Part shown: positions 35,749 to 45,918 of the stretch, one piece after another
Position numbering within the stretch: position 1 is the first letter of the stretch
How the letters are laid out: each line of letters opens with the position of its first letter
IMG/VR virus record: IMGVR_UViG_3300036761_003567
Span: 1-64,000 of that record
Origin: a virus
Length of the DNA: 64,000 nt
Direction: 5' to 3' (one strand)
Made by a program: the position numbers and the translations under genes
The notes under the pieces: model-generated
What the model was told of the DNA's origin: nothing
The model's input: the letters and a program-made list of their open reading frames with translations, nothing else
Databases searched by the model: none

Positions 35749-36030
35749 ATGCTTGGATGGTTATGGCGAAAGATAGTGGGGCAGCCAAGGCCTCTAGAGG
35801 TCAAGCTGACGCTCAATATTCCGCAAGGCGTCATCCACGTGAGGCATCACTTTGATAGAGAAGGATCCGCGGCTCAAAAGGCAGCGATACGACCAGGACC
35901 TGGGAATTCCCAAGGATCTATGGCCGATCCTTCTGCCGGAACCCGCGCGGAAGACTTGCCGATCGAATCGCTCTTCAAAGGCCAGAACCTCCCCGAAGTC
36001 CAGCTCGGCCAAGACACCGACGGCAAGTAA
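35749..36030 (+). CDS. Hypothetical protein
   Basis: GAGG RBS; adjacent to the upstream stop. Confidence 0.6.
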   Translation: MLGWLWRKIVGQPRPLEVKLTLNIPQGVIHVRHHFDREGSAAQKAAIRPGPGNSQGSMADPSAGTRAEDLPIESLFKGQNLPEVQLGQDTDGK

Positions 36031-36262
36031 GCCAGCACCAATAAGTATTTCAGATCCGATAACAAGAGCCCTGAAAGCCGAGGGCTGGACTCCTGGGAAT
36101 CTCAAGGTCATAAAGGACAGACACTTCGTACCGAAAAGCAAGATCGTAAAGGACAGGGAGAGGCAGGAACTCGTAAAGAAGACGGCTTATCTGATCACGA
36201 AGCCGCCGAGAGGCTTTGCAGAATATCAGAAGAACGTAGAGACCATTTTCAGGAGCGGTACG

Positions 36263-37267
36263 ATGGAACGCCTAGGACTTGATATGGGGACGAAGAACAT
36301 CGTCCTCGCCTATAAGAAGGACGGGCAGGTCTGCTTCCGTCGAGAGGTCAACGGATTCATTTCCGTGGTCAAGCAGGATAACTTCACCAAGGAAATGCTC
36401 GTCCAGTCGCAGGTTCCCTTCATCGAGCGGGACAAGGACTTTATCGCCATCGGCAGCAAGGCGGAGGACCTGGCCTACTCGTTCGGTAAGGAGCTCCAGA
36501 GACCGATGGTCAATGGAGTGCTCTCGGTCACTGAGCGGCAGGCGATGTCCATCATGGGCGTCATCGTGAAGTCCATCATCGGGAAGCTCAACGACGACGC
36601 CATCCTGTGCTACTGCATCCCAGGCCTGGCTATCAACCAGGACGTGAACGTCGACTTCCACAACAAGGTCATCCAGGCGATCCTGGCGTCCTTCGACGTC
36701 AAGGTCAAGCTCAAGGGAAGCTCGATCAACGAGGCACGCGCCATCGTCATCGCCCGCTCGCCGGACAAGGACAAATCCGGGATCGGCATCTCTTGCGGCG
36801 CCGGGATGATCAACATTTGCTACTGCCTCTTCGGCATTCCGGTCTACGAGTTCTCAATCGTCGGGGCCGGCGACTGGATCGATAAGGAATCCGGCAAGGC
36901 AACGAACGAGAGCCCCACGGCCATCGCCAAGGTCAAGGAGTCGCCAGAGACGCGGCTGGATGGCGGGATGCCCGCGGACTTCGTCCGCAGGGCGATCTTC
37001 CTGAACTACACGATCCTCATCGAGAGGATCGCCAAGAGCATCGCCGAGGGCTTCCGCAAGAACGAAGGCAAGGCCAGGGCGCCGAAGCCCATGCCCATCT
37101 ACATCGCCGGCGGGACTGCCTCCGTCGGCGGCTTCCTCGCGCTCTTCAAGGAAGTCTTCACGAAGCAAGAGATGCCGTTCCAGGTCGGCGAGATCTCGCT
37201 CGTGGACAAGCCGCTCTACGCAGTCGCCGAGGGGTGCCTCATCGCAGCCGAGAAGCACGAGGGATGA
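36263..37267 (+). CDS. Actin-fold ATPase (MreB/FtsA/ParM superfamily)
   Basis: GLDMGT (phosphate 1), RPM..G, INEARA (connect 1), ISCGAGM (phosphate 2), GAGDWID, AGGT..VGGF (adenosine), AVAEG. AGGAG RBS before ATG 36263. Confidence 0.85.
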   Translation: MERLGLDMGTKNIVLAYKKDGQVCFRREVNGFISVVKQDNFTKEMLVQSQVPFIERDKDFIAIGSKAEDLAYSFGKELQRPMVNGVLSVTERQAMSIMGVIVKSIIGKLNDDAILCYCIPGLAINQDVNVDFHNKVIQAILASFDVKVKLKGSSINEARAIVIARSPDKDKSGIGISCGAGMINICYCLFGIPVYEFSIVGAGDWIDKESGKATNESPTAIAKVKESPETRLDGGMPADFVRRAIFLNYTILIERIAKSIAEGFRKNEGKARAPKPMPIYIAGGTASVGGFLALFKEVFTKQEMPFQVGEISLVDKPLYAVAEGCLIAAEKHEG

Positions 37268-37461
37268 AAATCGTCCGTACTCATTGCGGAATGGCCCTGT
37301 GCCTCATTCGTATGGCCGAAAATGAGGCACGAACGGGGAGAAAGGCCATATTCATCTCGAAAGAGGCGTCCCTCGGACGGATGCGCGATTTCACGATCGC
37401 GGGAGGACAGCCGGTCCCCGGCGGGGAGGAGTCCGGGCCGGAATCCGTAGGTAGCCAGTGA
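37264..37461 (+). CDS. Small hypothetical protein
   Basis: ATGA overlap with the actin-like gene stop. Confidence 0.45.
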   Translation: MKIVRTHCGMALCLIRMAENEARTGRKAIFISKEASLGRMRDFTIAGGQPVPGGEESGPESVGSQ

Positions 37462-37528
37462 TTGCGCTGGCCTGATTGAGCGCCCCGAATCCGGCCATCC
37501 GTCCGAAGGACGCCTACTTGGGTGATGC

Positions 37529-38878
37529 GTGGCAGACCCGACTGACCGAGACAAGCAAATCGAGGCGGCCGAGAAGGCCTACCCAGGCCCGAAGGACTTC
37601 GTCCACCTCCATTCTCATTCCGTATTCTCGCCATTGGACGGCCTTCCTGATCCTGAGGATTACGCCAAGGAATGTCAGCTCCGCGGATTCCCTGCTATGG
37701 TCCTGACGGACCACGGCAGCATGGGAGGAATTCCGGATGCCTATCTGGCTGCAAAAAGCGCGAAGGTAAAGTTCATCGCGGGCTGCGAGATCTACTTCAA
37801 CGACAAGCACCTCGAGTGGGCAGAGAAACAGAAGCTCGGTATTTCTATCGGCACCATCAAGGCGCAGGACGCAGAACTACGCGACGAATATGTCCGCAAC
37901 AGGCACGTGACCGTGCTTACGAAGAACATGGCCGGCTACAGGAACCTGGTCATGATGCTCACGAACGCCTGGGAAATCGGGCATTATTACAAGCCCAGGA
38001 TCTGGCTGGACATCATGAAGCAGCACCAGGAAGGTCTAATCATCCTGTCCGGGTGCCTGAATGGCCCTATCTGTCATTATCTCCGGAAGGATAATACGAA
38101 GAAGGCGATGGAGTACATCAAGAAGTTCAAGGACATCTGGGGAGATGACTATTACCTCGAAGTCCAAATGCCTGGTAAGGAAATCCCGGACGGCGTAAAG
38201 ACCTTCATCAAGCTCATGACCATCGCGAAGTCAGTAGGCTTCAAGGCAGTCCTGACGAACGATACGCATTACCTGAGGCGGGAGGACTTCCAGGTCCAGA
38301 AGCTCATGATGGCCATCGACCAGAAGCTGAGGGTCGATGACCCGAATCTCTTCCACGTGAATTCGGACGAGCAGTTCTATAAGACGCGGGCGGAACTAAG
38401 GCAGACTTTCCAGGAACAGGGGTACGCCTATGGCGGACACATTACCCTGAAGGACTTCGAAGCCGCCTGTGATAACGCGCTAGAGGTCGCCCAGAAATGT
38501 GAGGGCTTCAAGCCGGACACGAGCCTGAAGCTTCCGGAAGTGCCCGACGCGGATAAACAGCTCGTCGCCCTGACGCTCCAGGGGCTCCGCCGGATCAATA
38601 AGCATGAAGATGAGGTCTACGTCGCCCGTGCGAAGCGGGAACTCAAGATGATCATCGAGAAGGGCTTCAGCTCTTACTTCCTCATCACGCGGGATCTGAT
38701 CGCCCACTCAAGGAGCCTTGGCTTCGAAGTGGGGCCTGGTAGAGGCAGCGTGGGAGGCTCGCTCGTGGCGTATCTAATCCAAATAACGACGATAGACCCC
38801 ATCGTATTCAAGCTCAATTTTGAAAGGTTCATCAGCCCGTCGCGCGGCGGCAACCTCCTTAGGGTGACCATGTCATGA
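37529..38878 (+). CDS. dnaE: DNA polymerase III alpha, piece A: PHP domain plus first palm segment
   Basis: FVHLHSHS, TDHG, GCEIY, YYKPRI, LSGC, TNDTHY, GPGRGS.GGSLVAYL.IT.IDP, FERF..P.R; stops before PDID. Confidence 0.9.
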   Translation: MADPTDRDKQIEAAEKAYPGPKDFVHLHSHSVFSPLDGLPDPEDYAKECQLRGFPAMVLTDHGSMGGIPDAYLAAKSAKVKFIAGCEIYFNDKHLEWAEKQKLGISIGTIKAQDAELRDEYVRNRHVTVLTKNMAGYRNLVMMLTNAWEIGHYYKPRIWLDIMKQHQEGLIILSGCLNGPICHYLRKDNTKKAMEYIKKFKDIWGDDYYLEVQMPGKEIPDGVKTFIKLMTIAKSVGFKAVLTNDTHYLRREDFQVQKLMMAIDQKLRVDDPNLFHVNSDEQFYKTRAELRQTFQEQGYAYGGHITLKDFEAACDNALEVAQKCEGFKPDTSLKLPEVPDADKQLVALTLQGLRRINKHEDEVYVARAKRELKMIIEKGFSSYFLITRDLIAHSRSLGFEVGPGRGSVGGSLVAYLIQITTIDPIVFKLNFERFISPSRGGNLLRVTMS

Positions 38879-39492
38879 CACAGGGTGCCATTGCTCTGAC
38901 ATCCGTGCCCCGAGACGAAATTGTGGCCATCAAGGCCCTCCTGGGTCAGGCCGTATCGACGCTCCGCGTCCTGACGATCCTGATCGGAAGCCCGAAGGAC
39001 TCCCCGAAAGAGAACGCGACCAAGATGGTCGGGCTCCTAGCCGTGTGGCCAGACATCGCGGACGAGTTTGCTGACGTCGTCCTCCAGCGGACCACCGTCC
39101 CAAACAACGCGGGTCAGACGACGCACAAGCTCATGCGCCGGATCGCGGATATCACGCTAGAGCCTCTAAAGGCTGCATTCGACGTCCTCCGCGACAGATA
39201 CAAGGACAGCCCTATCGTCGTCACTACGAACGACGAGCTCAAGACGAAGATCCTTTCGGCGCAATTTCCGACGCCGGAAGGACTGGTAGAGCCATTCGTC
39301 GATCGGGAGACCGACGGGTATCCTGAGGCGACTTCCGGCGTGCAGACCGTCGAGTCCGTCCGGAACGTACGCAGAGCCTATCTGGAAGCCATCGCCCGTG
39401 TCGTCCTCTGGGGGACTAGCAAGGATCCCCTAAAGGCGAACGAGGATGCGAGGCCGGCCTACGACGAGATCATGAAAGAGGTGAGAATATGA
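38875..39492 (+). CDS. Hypothetical protein
   Basis: Coupled on both sides. Confidence 0.75.
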   Translation: MTQGAIALTSVPRDEIVAIKALLGQAVSTLRVLTILIGSPKDSPKENATKMVGLLAVWPDIADEFADVVLQRTTVPNNAGQTTHKLMRRIADITLEPLKAAFDVLRDRYKDSPIVVTTNDELKTKILSAQFPTPEGLVEPFVDRETDGYPEATSGVQTVESVRNVRRAYLEAIARVVLWGTSKDPLKANEDARPAYDEIMKEVRI

Positions 39493-39929
39493 GCTTGAAG
39501 CCGATGATCTATCTGGCTGCCTTCTCGACTACGGGTAAGTCTCCGGTGAATGGGAAGGTGGACACTGGCGTAGCCGTCTGCGTAAAGGCCGAAGACGAGA
39601 CCAGGACGTGGCTTCTGCCATTCTGGTCGGCGACGATGAACCAGGCGGTGCTCATGGGGTTGAGGTTCGGCATCTTGGCGATCAATCCCAGGAACCGCGA
39701 CTTCCTCCAAGTTACCACGGATAGTCAATATCTCGGGAACGTGCTGGCGAAGAAGGGAGACAAGTACGGGTTCAATCCGGACTCGAACGTCGAGCTCATC
39801 AAAGAGGCACGCGACCTTTGCGCTACCGCAAAGGATATGACATGCTTGGTGTGTAAGACTGACGTACTCATCGCCGAGCTCCGTGAGAAGATTCGCGTGC
39901 TCGGCAAGAAGAGGCTGGCGAATGTCTGA
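39489..39929 (+). CDS. RNase HI-like fold protein, probably inactive
   Basis: T.NQA.L.G..., VTTDSQYL, N.EL; first Asp and the Glu are replaced. Confidence 0.5.
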   Translation: MSLKPMIYLAAFSTTGKSPVNGKVDTGVAVCVKAEDETRTWLLPFWSATMNQAVLMGLRFGILAINPRNRDFLQVTTDSQYLGNVLAKKGDKYGFNPDSNVELIKEARDLCATAKDMTCLVCKTDVLIAELREKIRVLGKKRLANV

Positions 39930-40308
39930 TTGGCAGAAGATCGCCGAATTCGCGCGCAAGAAAGTTGCAACGCTTTCCAAGGAGCATGCGACCCGGCTTG
40001 AATTCGAGATCAAGGAAATAGACAAACAGGGCGCGAACGACTACTGGATAAACCTGCTGAAGTCCATGCAGAAGTTCGAAGCGAACACCAACGGCCTCGT
40101 CCTTCCATTCCTCCTGGGCATCACGCCGGTCGACCCGGTCGATTGTGAATATGTTTTCAAAATTGATGAGACTGGTGAAGAAGATGATATTATGCGGCTC
40201 GTGCTAGACAATGGTAAGACAATATCGGTACCATCACGAGCGCTGATTAAGACGATAAATGGACCCATAATCGCGAAAGATTTGAAAGTTGAAGATGAGC
40301 TGACGTAA
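39922..40308 (+). CDS. dnaE: DNA polymerase III alpha, piece B: palm N-segment plus IntN-like tail
   Basis: RLEFEIKEI..QG...Y...LV..LLGITPVDP then Hint-like RLVLDNGKTISV......TING...AKDLKVED. Start revised to MSDW. Confidence 0.7.
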   Translation: MSDWQKIAEFARKKVATLSKEHATRLEFEIKEIDKQGANDYWINLLKSMQKFEANTNGLVLPFLLGITPVDPVDCEYVFKIDETGEEDDIMRLVLDNGKTISVPSRALIKTINGPIIAKDLKVEDELT

Positions 40309-41157
40309 AGTTGTCACATGTTTTAAATCTCTCTCTGTCATAACGCCAAAAGAATGGCGTTTTTTTGAGCACCACCGGCGTAATGCGGGTAATTTTCTCT
40401 TGCAAGATAGCCACATTGCGACACCCATGCGGTCTAAATTATTAGGTTTCTTGCCGGATATATATTTAGAATACTTTATTTCAATGATTAGGCGCTTATT
40501 AATCAGTAAATCTGGGACCATGAAGAATTCATTGCACTCTATTTGTAATGGTTCGTATCTTAGCGAGTGGACATCGCCTAATGATGCAAGAAGTTTTACG
40601 GCCTTCGCTTCCAGGGATGACTTAACTCTAAAAAGACCAAATCTGGTACGTATCGTTTGCACACGCGGCGATGTGGCAACGTAGTGCAAAGCGCTTATCT
40701 TTGACAAATGCTTTCTGTAATCGCCATAACGCATGTTGAGCGTGGCAATTCTTTTCCTGTTTGATTTTGGATTTTGAATAGAATACGCAACGCCGTAACG
40801 CTTCCGATGCGTCTTAATTATTCTCTCCCAAACGCCTGGTAGTTGAGTGTTGTGCGTAACGCCCAAATGTTCTTTTAGGGATTGCCGATAACGCGCATAC
40901 CCGGATTTGCTCTGCATGTAGTGCTCAGAGCCGTACCGTGACTTAAAAGTTCGCCTTCTATGGTCATCTATCTGTTTGTATATAGTCCTTTTGTCCTTAC
41001 AAATTCCATGCCTCTTCAAGGCGCGAACAACAGATGAGGTGCCGCATCCGACTCTTTCTGCTATCTGTATCTGTGAGAGGTTTTGGTCGACATACGCGTA
41101 TTTCAGATATGAAGAATTGAGCCTCTCACGCAAAGTTGACGTGGATTTTCTACCCAT
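40234..41157 (-). mobile_element. Free-standing PD-(D/E)xK (TnsA-N-like) homing endonuclease, antisense within dnaE
   Basis: N-terminal HTH, RYG repeats, SSLE...YEP...PDLLI...IEIK...TE.DL; AT-rich; TCAAATATA just upstream. Confidence 0.75.
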
Positions 41158-41169
41158 GGGGTATATTTG

Positions 41170-43403
41170 ATGAAGATTGTTAAGATAAACATCATTCGAG
41201 GGAATGTCCGGAAAGTCAGCGGTGGTGCCTATAACGCCAGCGGGATCACGGTCCTACCACAAGTCGGAATCCCGCACCGCGTTGAGTACCACGCTGACCT
41301 TCCGGACATATAGATGTGGATCTCCAGCCTGCCGCACGCCCCCTTATTAGGCAGTACGCCACAAAGAAATATGGGATGGAGAATGTCTGTAGCGTAGGCC
41401 TCTGGCAGACCTACAACCCAAAGCTCGCCTTGCAGGATGCGGCTCGGGCACTCGGAGCTGACCATCACGAAATCCTGAACATAACCAAGGAGCTTCCGGA
41501 AGACTTCGATGAAATGTCCAAGGAGGACGCACTCAAGGAGTTCGACGAGCTAGCCACTTACTATAAGGCGAATCCACACATCGTCGACATGGCTTATCGG
41601 ATCGTCGGCCGCATCAAGACGCAGGGCCGGCACGCCGGAGGCCTCATCATTTCGTCCGTCCCCATCAGGGAATATGTGCCCCTGATGAAGCTCGGCGGCG
41701 TGGAGTGGACGACGGCCTGGACCGAGGGCAAGAACACGCAGCTCAGCAAATTCGGCTTCGTCAAATTCGACATGCTCGGACTCAAGACGATCCAATACAT
41801 CGCCAACGCCTTGAAGCTCATCGAACAGAACCGCGGCGTCAAGATCGATTGGGAGAAGATCCCGCTGGATGATAAGGATACGCTTGCGCTTGCGGCCAGC
41901 CTGAAGACGGATTCGACGTTCCAATTCGATACGGATCTGGCCAAGAGTATCATCCTCCGCGGCGGCGTCAAGAGCTTTAACGATCTGATGGTCTATACGT
42001 CACTCGGCCGCCCCGGCCCCATGCCGCTTATTGAGAAATACGTAGAGCGGCGTGACGATCCGAAACAGACATGGCGGAATGAAATTCATCCGAAGCTGGC
42101 GGAAATACTTGGAGAAACGTTCGGCGTCTGCGTCTATCAAGAGCAGCTCCAGCAAGTCTGGATCGACGTCTGCGGCTTCACATTCGCGGAGGCAGAAGAG
42201 GCCCGCAAGATCATCGCCAAGAAATGGCAGGACAAGCTACCTGCACTCGGCCAAAAGGTCGTGAAAGGCGCGGTCCGATTGTTGGGCGGCAAGAAGGCGG
42301 AAGAGCTCTGGCAGACCATGGTCACCTTCGGCCGCTACGCCTTCAACATGGCTCACGCGACGGCTTACACTATCATTGCCTACCGGACGCTCTGGCTGAA
42401 GACGCATTACGCCCCGGAATGGTGGGCCGCCGTCATGTCGGACTGCGGTCGGGACAGGCTCGTCCGGTACATCGGGATCGCAAAGTCGGAAGGCGTTCAA
42501 CTGGGGACCCTCGACTGCAGGACGCTCACAGAGAGCTTCACGGTCTCGGGCGACAGAGTGCTGCCAGGCCTCAACCTGGTCAAGGGCATCGGCACGTCCT
42601 CCAAGAAGCTTGCGGAGAACAATGCCGACTACAAGTCCGTAGACGAATTCATCGAGAAGAACGGGAAGGGGCGCATCGTCATGGAGCGCCTCATTAAGCT
42701 AGGCGGCTTCGATAAGATCTTCCGGAACAGGAAGACGCTCTGGCTCTGGTATCTCTGGAAGCACGCCGGCGAGAAGCAGACGAAGGACCTGGTAAAGGCC
42801 ACGTTCGCCTGGCCGGAGAATCGCGTCGTCGCCGAGAGGCAGAAGCAGATCCAGGCCTTCAGAAAGCTTTACCCCAAGAAGAAAGTGCCGCCGAAGCTGG
42901 AGAACTGGAACCCGAAGATCGATCCGACGTTCGAGGATTTCGCCAAGAAGTTCAACGAAGACTTCATGGACCGGGAAATCCTAGCCTTTGAGAAGGCTCA
43001 TCTCGGGTTCTACTGGTCATCTCCTATGAGCCAGTTCGTGCACAAGAACCTGACAATAGCCCAGGCCAAGTACTCGAATAACCTGGAATGCGTCATCGAC
43101 TCTATTACCACGAAAAAGTCCGAGAAGACCAAAAACGAATATCTGAAGCTCACGATTACGGACGGCATCGAGACGGCGCCGCTCGTCGTCTGGTCCGATG
43201 CCTTGTCTGACAAGACGAACGCCGAGGCGCTTGCCGTCGGCGGAGGCATCTCCGTAAAGGTAGCCTGGTCAGACAAGTACAGGAGCTTCTCCATAGCTTC
43301 AGGGTCCATGATCATCCCGCTCATCAAGAAGGGGCTCGAGCCAGACGCGCCGGTTCTACCTGCCCCGGATGAATTAGAGGAAGCTTATGCTGCTGACGAG
43401 TAA
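41170..43403 (+). CDS. dnaE: DNA polymerase III alpha, piece C: IntC-like head, catalytic palm, fingers, HhH, OB; frameshifted at 41308-41313
   Basis: 41170-41313 reads MKIVKI...ADLPDI*; the +2 frame continues DVDLQP..., with RHAGG, KFDMLGL, RPGP, VYQEQ, YAFN.AHA..Y, LK.HY.PEW, KGIG. Confidence 0.85.
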
Positions 43404-43620
43404 GGATGGCATCGCCTGCGATCTATGCGGGAGAGAATACAAGCACAAGTTCTCGTATTACTCTGCGGAATTTACGAAGATCTCGGCCGACGCCGAGAAG
43501 AAGATCACTGGCCCAACGGAAGTGGACAAGAAGTATCTGAACCTGGACATCTGCCAGATCTGCTATGACGGCTTCGCAAAGAAGGTCGTAGAAGTCGCTA
43601 AGGCTAAGGGCATGGCCTAG
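43387..43620 (+). CDS. Small zinc-finger protein
   Basis: CDLC and CQIC. Confidence 0.7.
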   Translation: MLLTSKDGIACDLCGREYKHKFSYYSAEFTKISADAEKKITGPTEVDKKYLNLDICQICYDGFAKKVVEVAKAKGMA

Positions 43621-43629
43621 GAGATAAAG

Positions 43630-43977
43630 ATGGGAACCTATGATATGCTAGAAGTCGTCATCGGCGGCGAGACGATGCAGGCACGGCCCGTGGCCTGGGC
43701 TGAGGAAGTGCCCATCAAGTTCCAGACGACTTGCCCGAAATGCTCACAACTCATCGAGTTCGATGGGCACGACTTCGTCTGTGCCTCCTGCGGGACGCCC
43801 GGGGCCGTAAAGAATAACCCGCCGCCCCCGGTCGGGATAACGGTGGCGGTCTTTCCGGATCTCAAGAACGTGGGGATGGTGGAACAGAAGATCCCAAAGG
43901 GGCCTATCCTGGACCCCCTGGATGAGGGCCTGTTCCCGAAGGACTTGCTGGATCTCCAATACCTGGAAAAATCATGA
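43630..43977 (+). CDS. Zinc-ribbon protein
   Basis: CPKC and CASC; AGGAG RBS. Confidence 0.7.
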   Translation: MGTYDMLEVVIGGETMQARPVAWAEEVPIKFQTTCPKCSQLIEFDGHDFVCASCGTPGAVKNNPPPPVGITVAVFPDLKNVGMVEQKIPKGPILDPLDEGLFPKDLLDLQYLEKS

Positions 43978-44903
43978 AAGTCGTAATCCTAGGAAGCGGC
44001 TTAGTTGGCCTACTCGCCAAGGAAATCTTCGAAGATGCCGTAATCATCCCCTTCGGCAAGTCGCGATTCTTCTATTTCGCCCCACCCCTCGCTGATGACT
44101 TCATCATCCGTAGCGAGAAGATAGACCCTTTCATGGGCCCGTGCCTAAGACAGTTTTTTGGGCACCTCGCAGCCGCACCTCTCATCATGAAAAGGGTAAT
44201 TTCACTGGGCGGACAACTCGCAACTGATTCTATCGCAATCAAGCAGTATATTTCGAAGGTCTACGAGGATGCTCCAGCCTACGCGCAGGACCTACTGAAG
44301 ACGGAATTCGCTACTTATCCGATGACGTGCCACAATCTTTATAGGAAGCTTCTGGCGAAGCACATCAATGCCTTGAGGGCCGAGATAGAGGTTCGCGGCA
44401 TCCCATTGAAAATAGACCCGGGTATCGTCCATTGCGATCTCGGCACCGTGGAATATGACCGAATCATCTCGACAATCCCGCTGGACGTCCTGCTGGAACT
44501 TACTGGCGTGTTTCAGTCGCTCTCCGCGCACGATGAACACTGCTTCCACATTACGACGGATGCTCTGGACTTTGAGGGAGCAAGCCAGGTCCTAGTCGCG
44601 GACAATCCTATCGGCTTTCACAAAGTCGACAAAGTCGGCATTTATGACTACATCTTTCACAATCTGGGATCCATTGAGACGCCGCTCCCTTATTTCGATG
44701 CCTTTATTGCCCATAACCGTTATCGTATCGTCGGAGAGACGAAAATCCTTAAGGCGATCCCGAAATCGCCGCACGCTCCCCGGATTCCAGAACTAAAGGA
44801 CAAGTTCAAGATAGACCTGGTCGGCAGCTGTGCGCAATGGGACGACTTCATGGACATCGCTTCGTGCACCTGGCGGCTTCTCCAGCTGAAGGACAAGCCG
44901 TAG
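43974..44903 (+). CDS. FAD/NAD-dependent oxidoreductase-like protein
   Basis: VVILGSGLVGL Rossmann motif, YD.IISTIPL, VG.CAQW. Confidence 0.65.
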   Translation: MKVVILGSGLVGLLAKEIFEDAVIIPFGKSRFFYFAPPLADDFIIRSEKIDPFMGPCLRQFFGHLAAAPLIMKRVISLGGQLATDSIAIKQYISKVYEDAPAYAQDLLKTEFATYPMTCHNLYRKLLAKHINALRAEIEVRGIPLKIDPGIVHCDLGTVEYDRIISTIPLDVLLELTGVFQSLSAHDEHCFHITTDALDFEGASQVLVADNPIGFHKVDKVGIYDYIFHNLGSIETPLPYFDAFIAHNRYRIVGETKILKAIPKSPHAPRIPELKDKFKIDLVGSCAQWDDFMDIASCTWRLLQLKDKP

Positions 44904-45611
44904 ATGACTTTCACTCAGGACTTCCCTGAAACCTCCAGTCTCCTACAATACTACCTCTTTCTGGATAGAAATATGAACAAGGATAGAAGGCACAGGATGC
45001 TGTCGTTGCTCGGAGCAGTATGCCACGAATGCCAGATGTGCGTCCTCGGAGAGCATGCCCAGGAAGTCAGGGGGCACAAATTCGACCCGCATTGCTGGAG
45101 TTCGATGAAAGTCTCAAAGATCATGGTCATCGGACAGGGGCCTGGCCTGAATGAATGTCTGGAGGGGGTGCCATTCGTAGGGGATTCAGGCAAGAACTTC
45201 AATGAGGAGCTCGCGCGGCACGGCCTGACCCGGGACAATTTCTACATCAGCAACACGGTAAAATGCTATGCGCCTCAGAATCGTGCGCCGACGGAATCAG
45301 AAGTCAGTGCGTGTAAGCTCTTCTTACAGATGGAAATGGCCATTTTGAGGCCGGTGCTCATCGTGACCCTCGGGCAAGTCGCCTTCGACAGGATGTGTCC
45401 AAACCACGATTACTCGTCAAGCTTGGGGACGATTTCCAGAGATAACGGTTCGGGCCATGTGCCTGTCTTTGCGGTTTATCATCCGTCGCCGAGGAACTTG
45501 GAAGTGCCAGAACGGAAGGCGAGATTCAAGAGACAGATGGCCGTCCTTTGTGCTCTCGTTAAGAAGATTGAGGCTGGCGCTCTAAAAGATAGCCCTGAGT
45601 CGTTTTCTTGA
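44904..45611 (+). CDS. Uracil-DNA glycosylase, family 4-like
   Basis: CHECQMC, IGQGPG..E..EG.PFVG.SG, N.VKC..P.NR.P, LG..A, YHPS. Confidence 0.88.
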   Translation: MTFTQDFPETSSLLQYYLFLDRNMNKDRRHRMLSLLGAVCHECQMCVLGEHAQEVRGHKFDPHCWSSMKVSKIMVIGQGPGLNECLEGVPFVGDSGKNFNEELARHGLTRDNFYISNTVKCYAPQNRAPTESEVSACKLFLQMEMAILRPVLIVTLGQVAFDRMCPNHDYSSSLGTISRDNGSGHVPVFAVYHPSPRNLEVPERKARFKRQMAVLCALVKKIEAGALKDSPESFS

Positions 45612-45903
45612 GCTTCCAACCATCCTTCTCGACGAACTTCCGCAGCTTGCAGATGAGGGCGCTCGGGAAGCAGATTCCGAAGGCTTCTACCAGGTCCTTC
45701 GACGACACAGGTCCGCCCGCGGTCTGAAGCTTGTCCCTTAAGATCGTCAGCTTTTCCGGGCTATAAAGACAGAAGACTTCTCTCGGCTTGGACGCATCGA
45801 TGAGGGATTTTAATCTCGATTGGAAAGTATCTGAAAATACGGCGGGGACTATCGTCCTGACTTCCTCGTCAGTAATTAAGAATACGTTCAGTATGTTGGG
45901 CAT
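45559..45903 (-). CDS. Hypothetical protein, possible winged HTH
   Basis: VSSKDLVE...ICKLRK...QGYLL; GTATTTAA upstream. Confidence 0.55.
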   Translation of the reverse strand: MPNILNVFLITDEEVRTIVPAVFSDTFQSRLKSLIDASKPREVFCLYSPEKLTILRDKLQTAGGPVSSKDLVEAFGICFPSALICKLRKFVEKDGWKLKKTTQGYLLERQPQSS

Positions 45904-45918
45904 GGAGATTTAAATACC

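Noticed and set aside
41311-41313. TAG reassignment or readthrough to explain the dnaE stop
   Set aside because: Readthrough stays in a non-DnaE frame (MWISSLPH...), and TAG ends genes normally elsewhere (10226, 28972, 54627).
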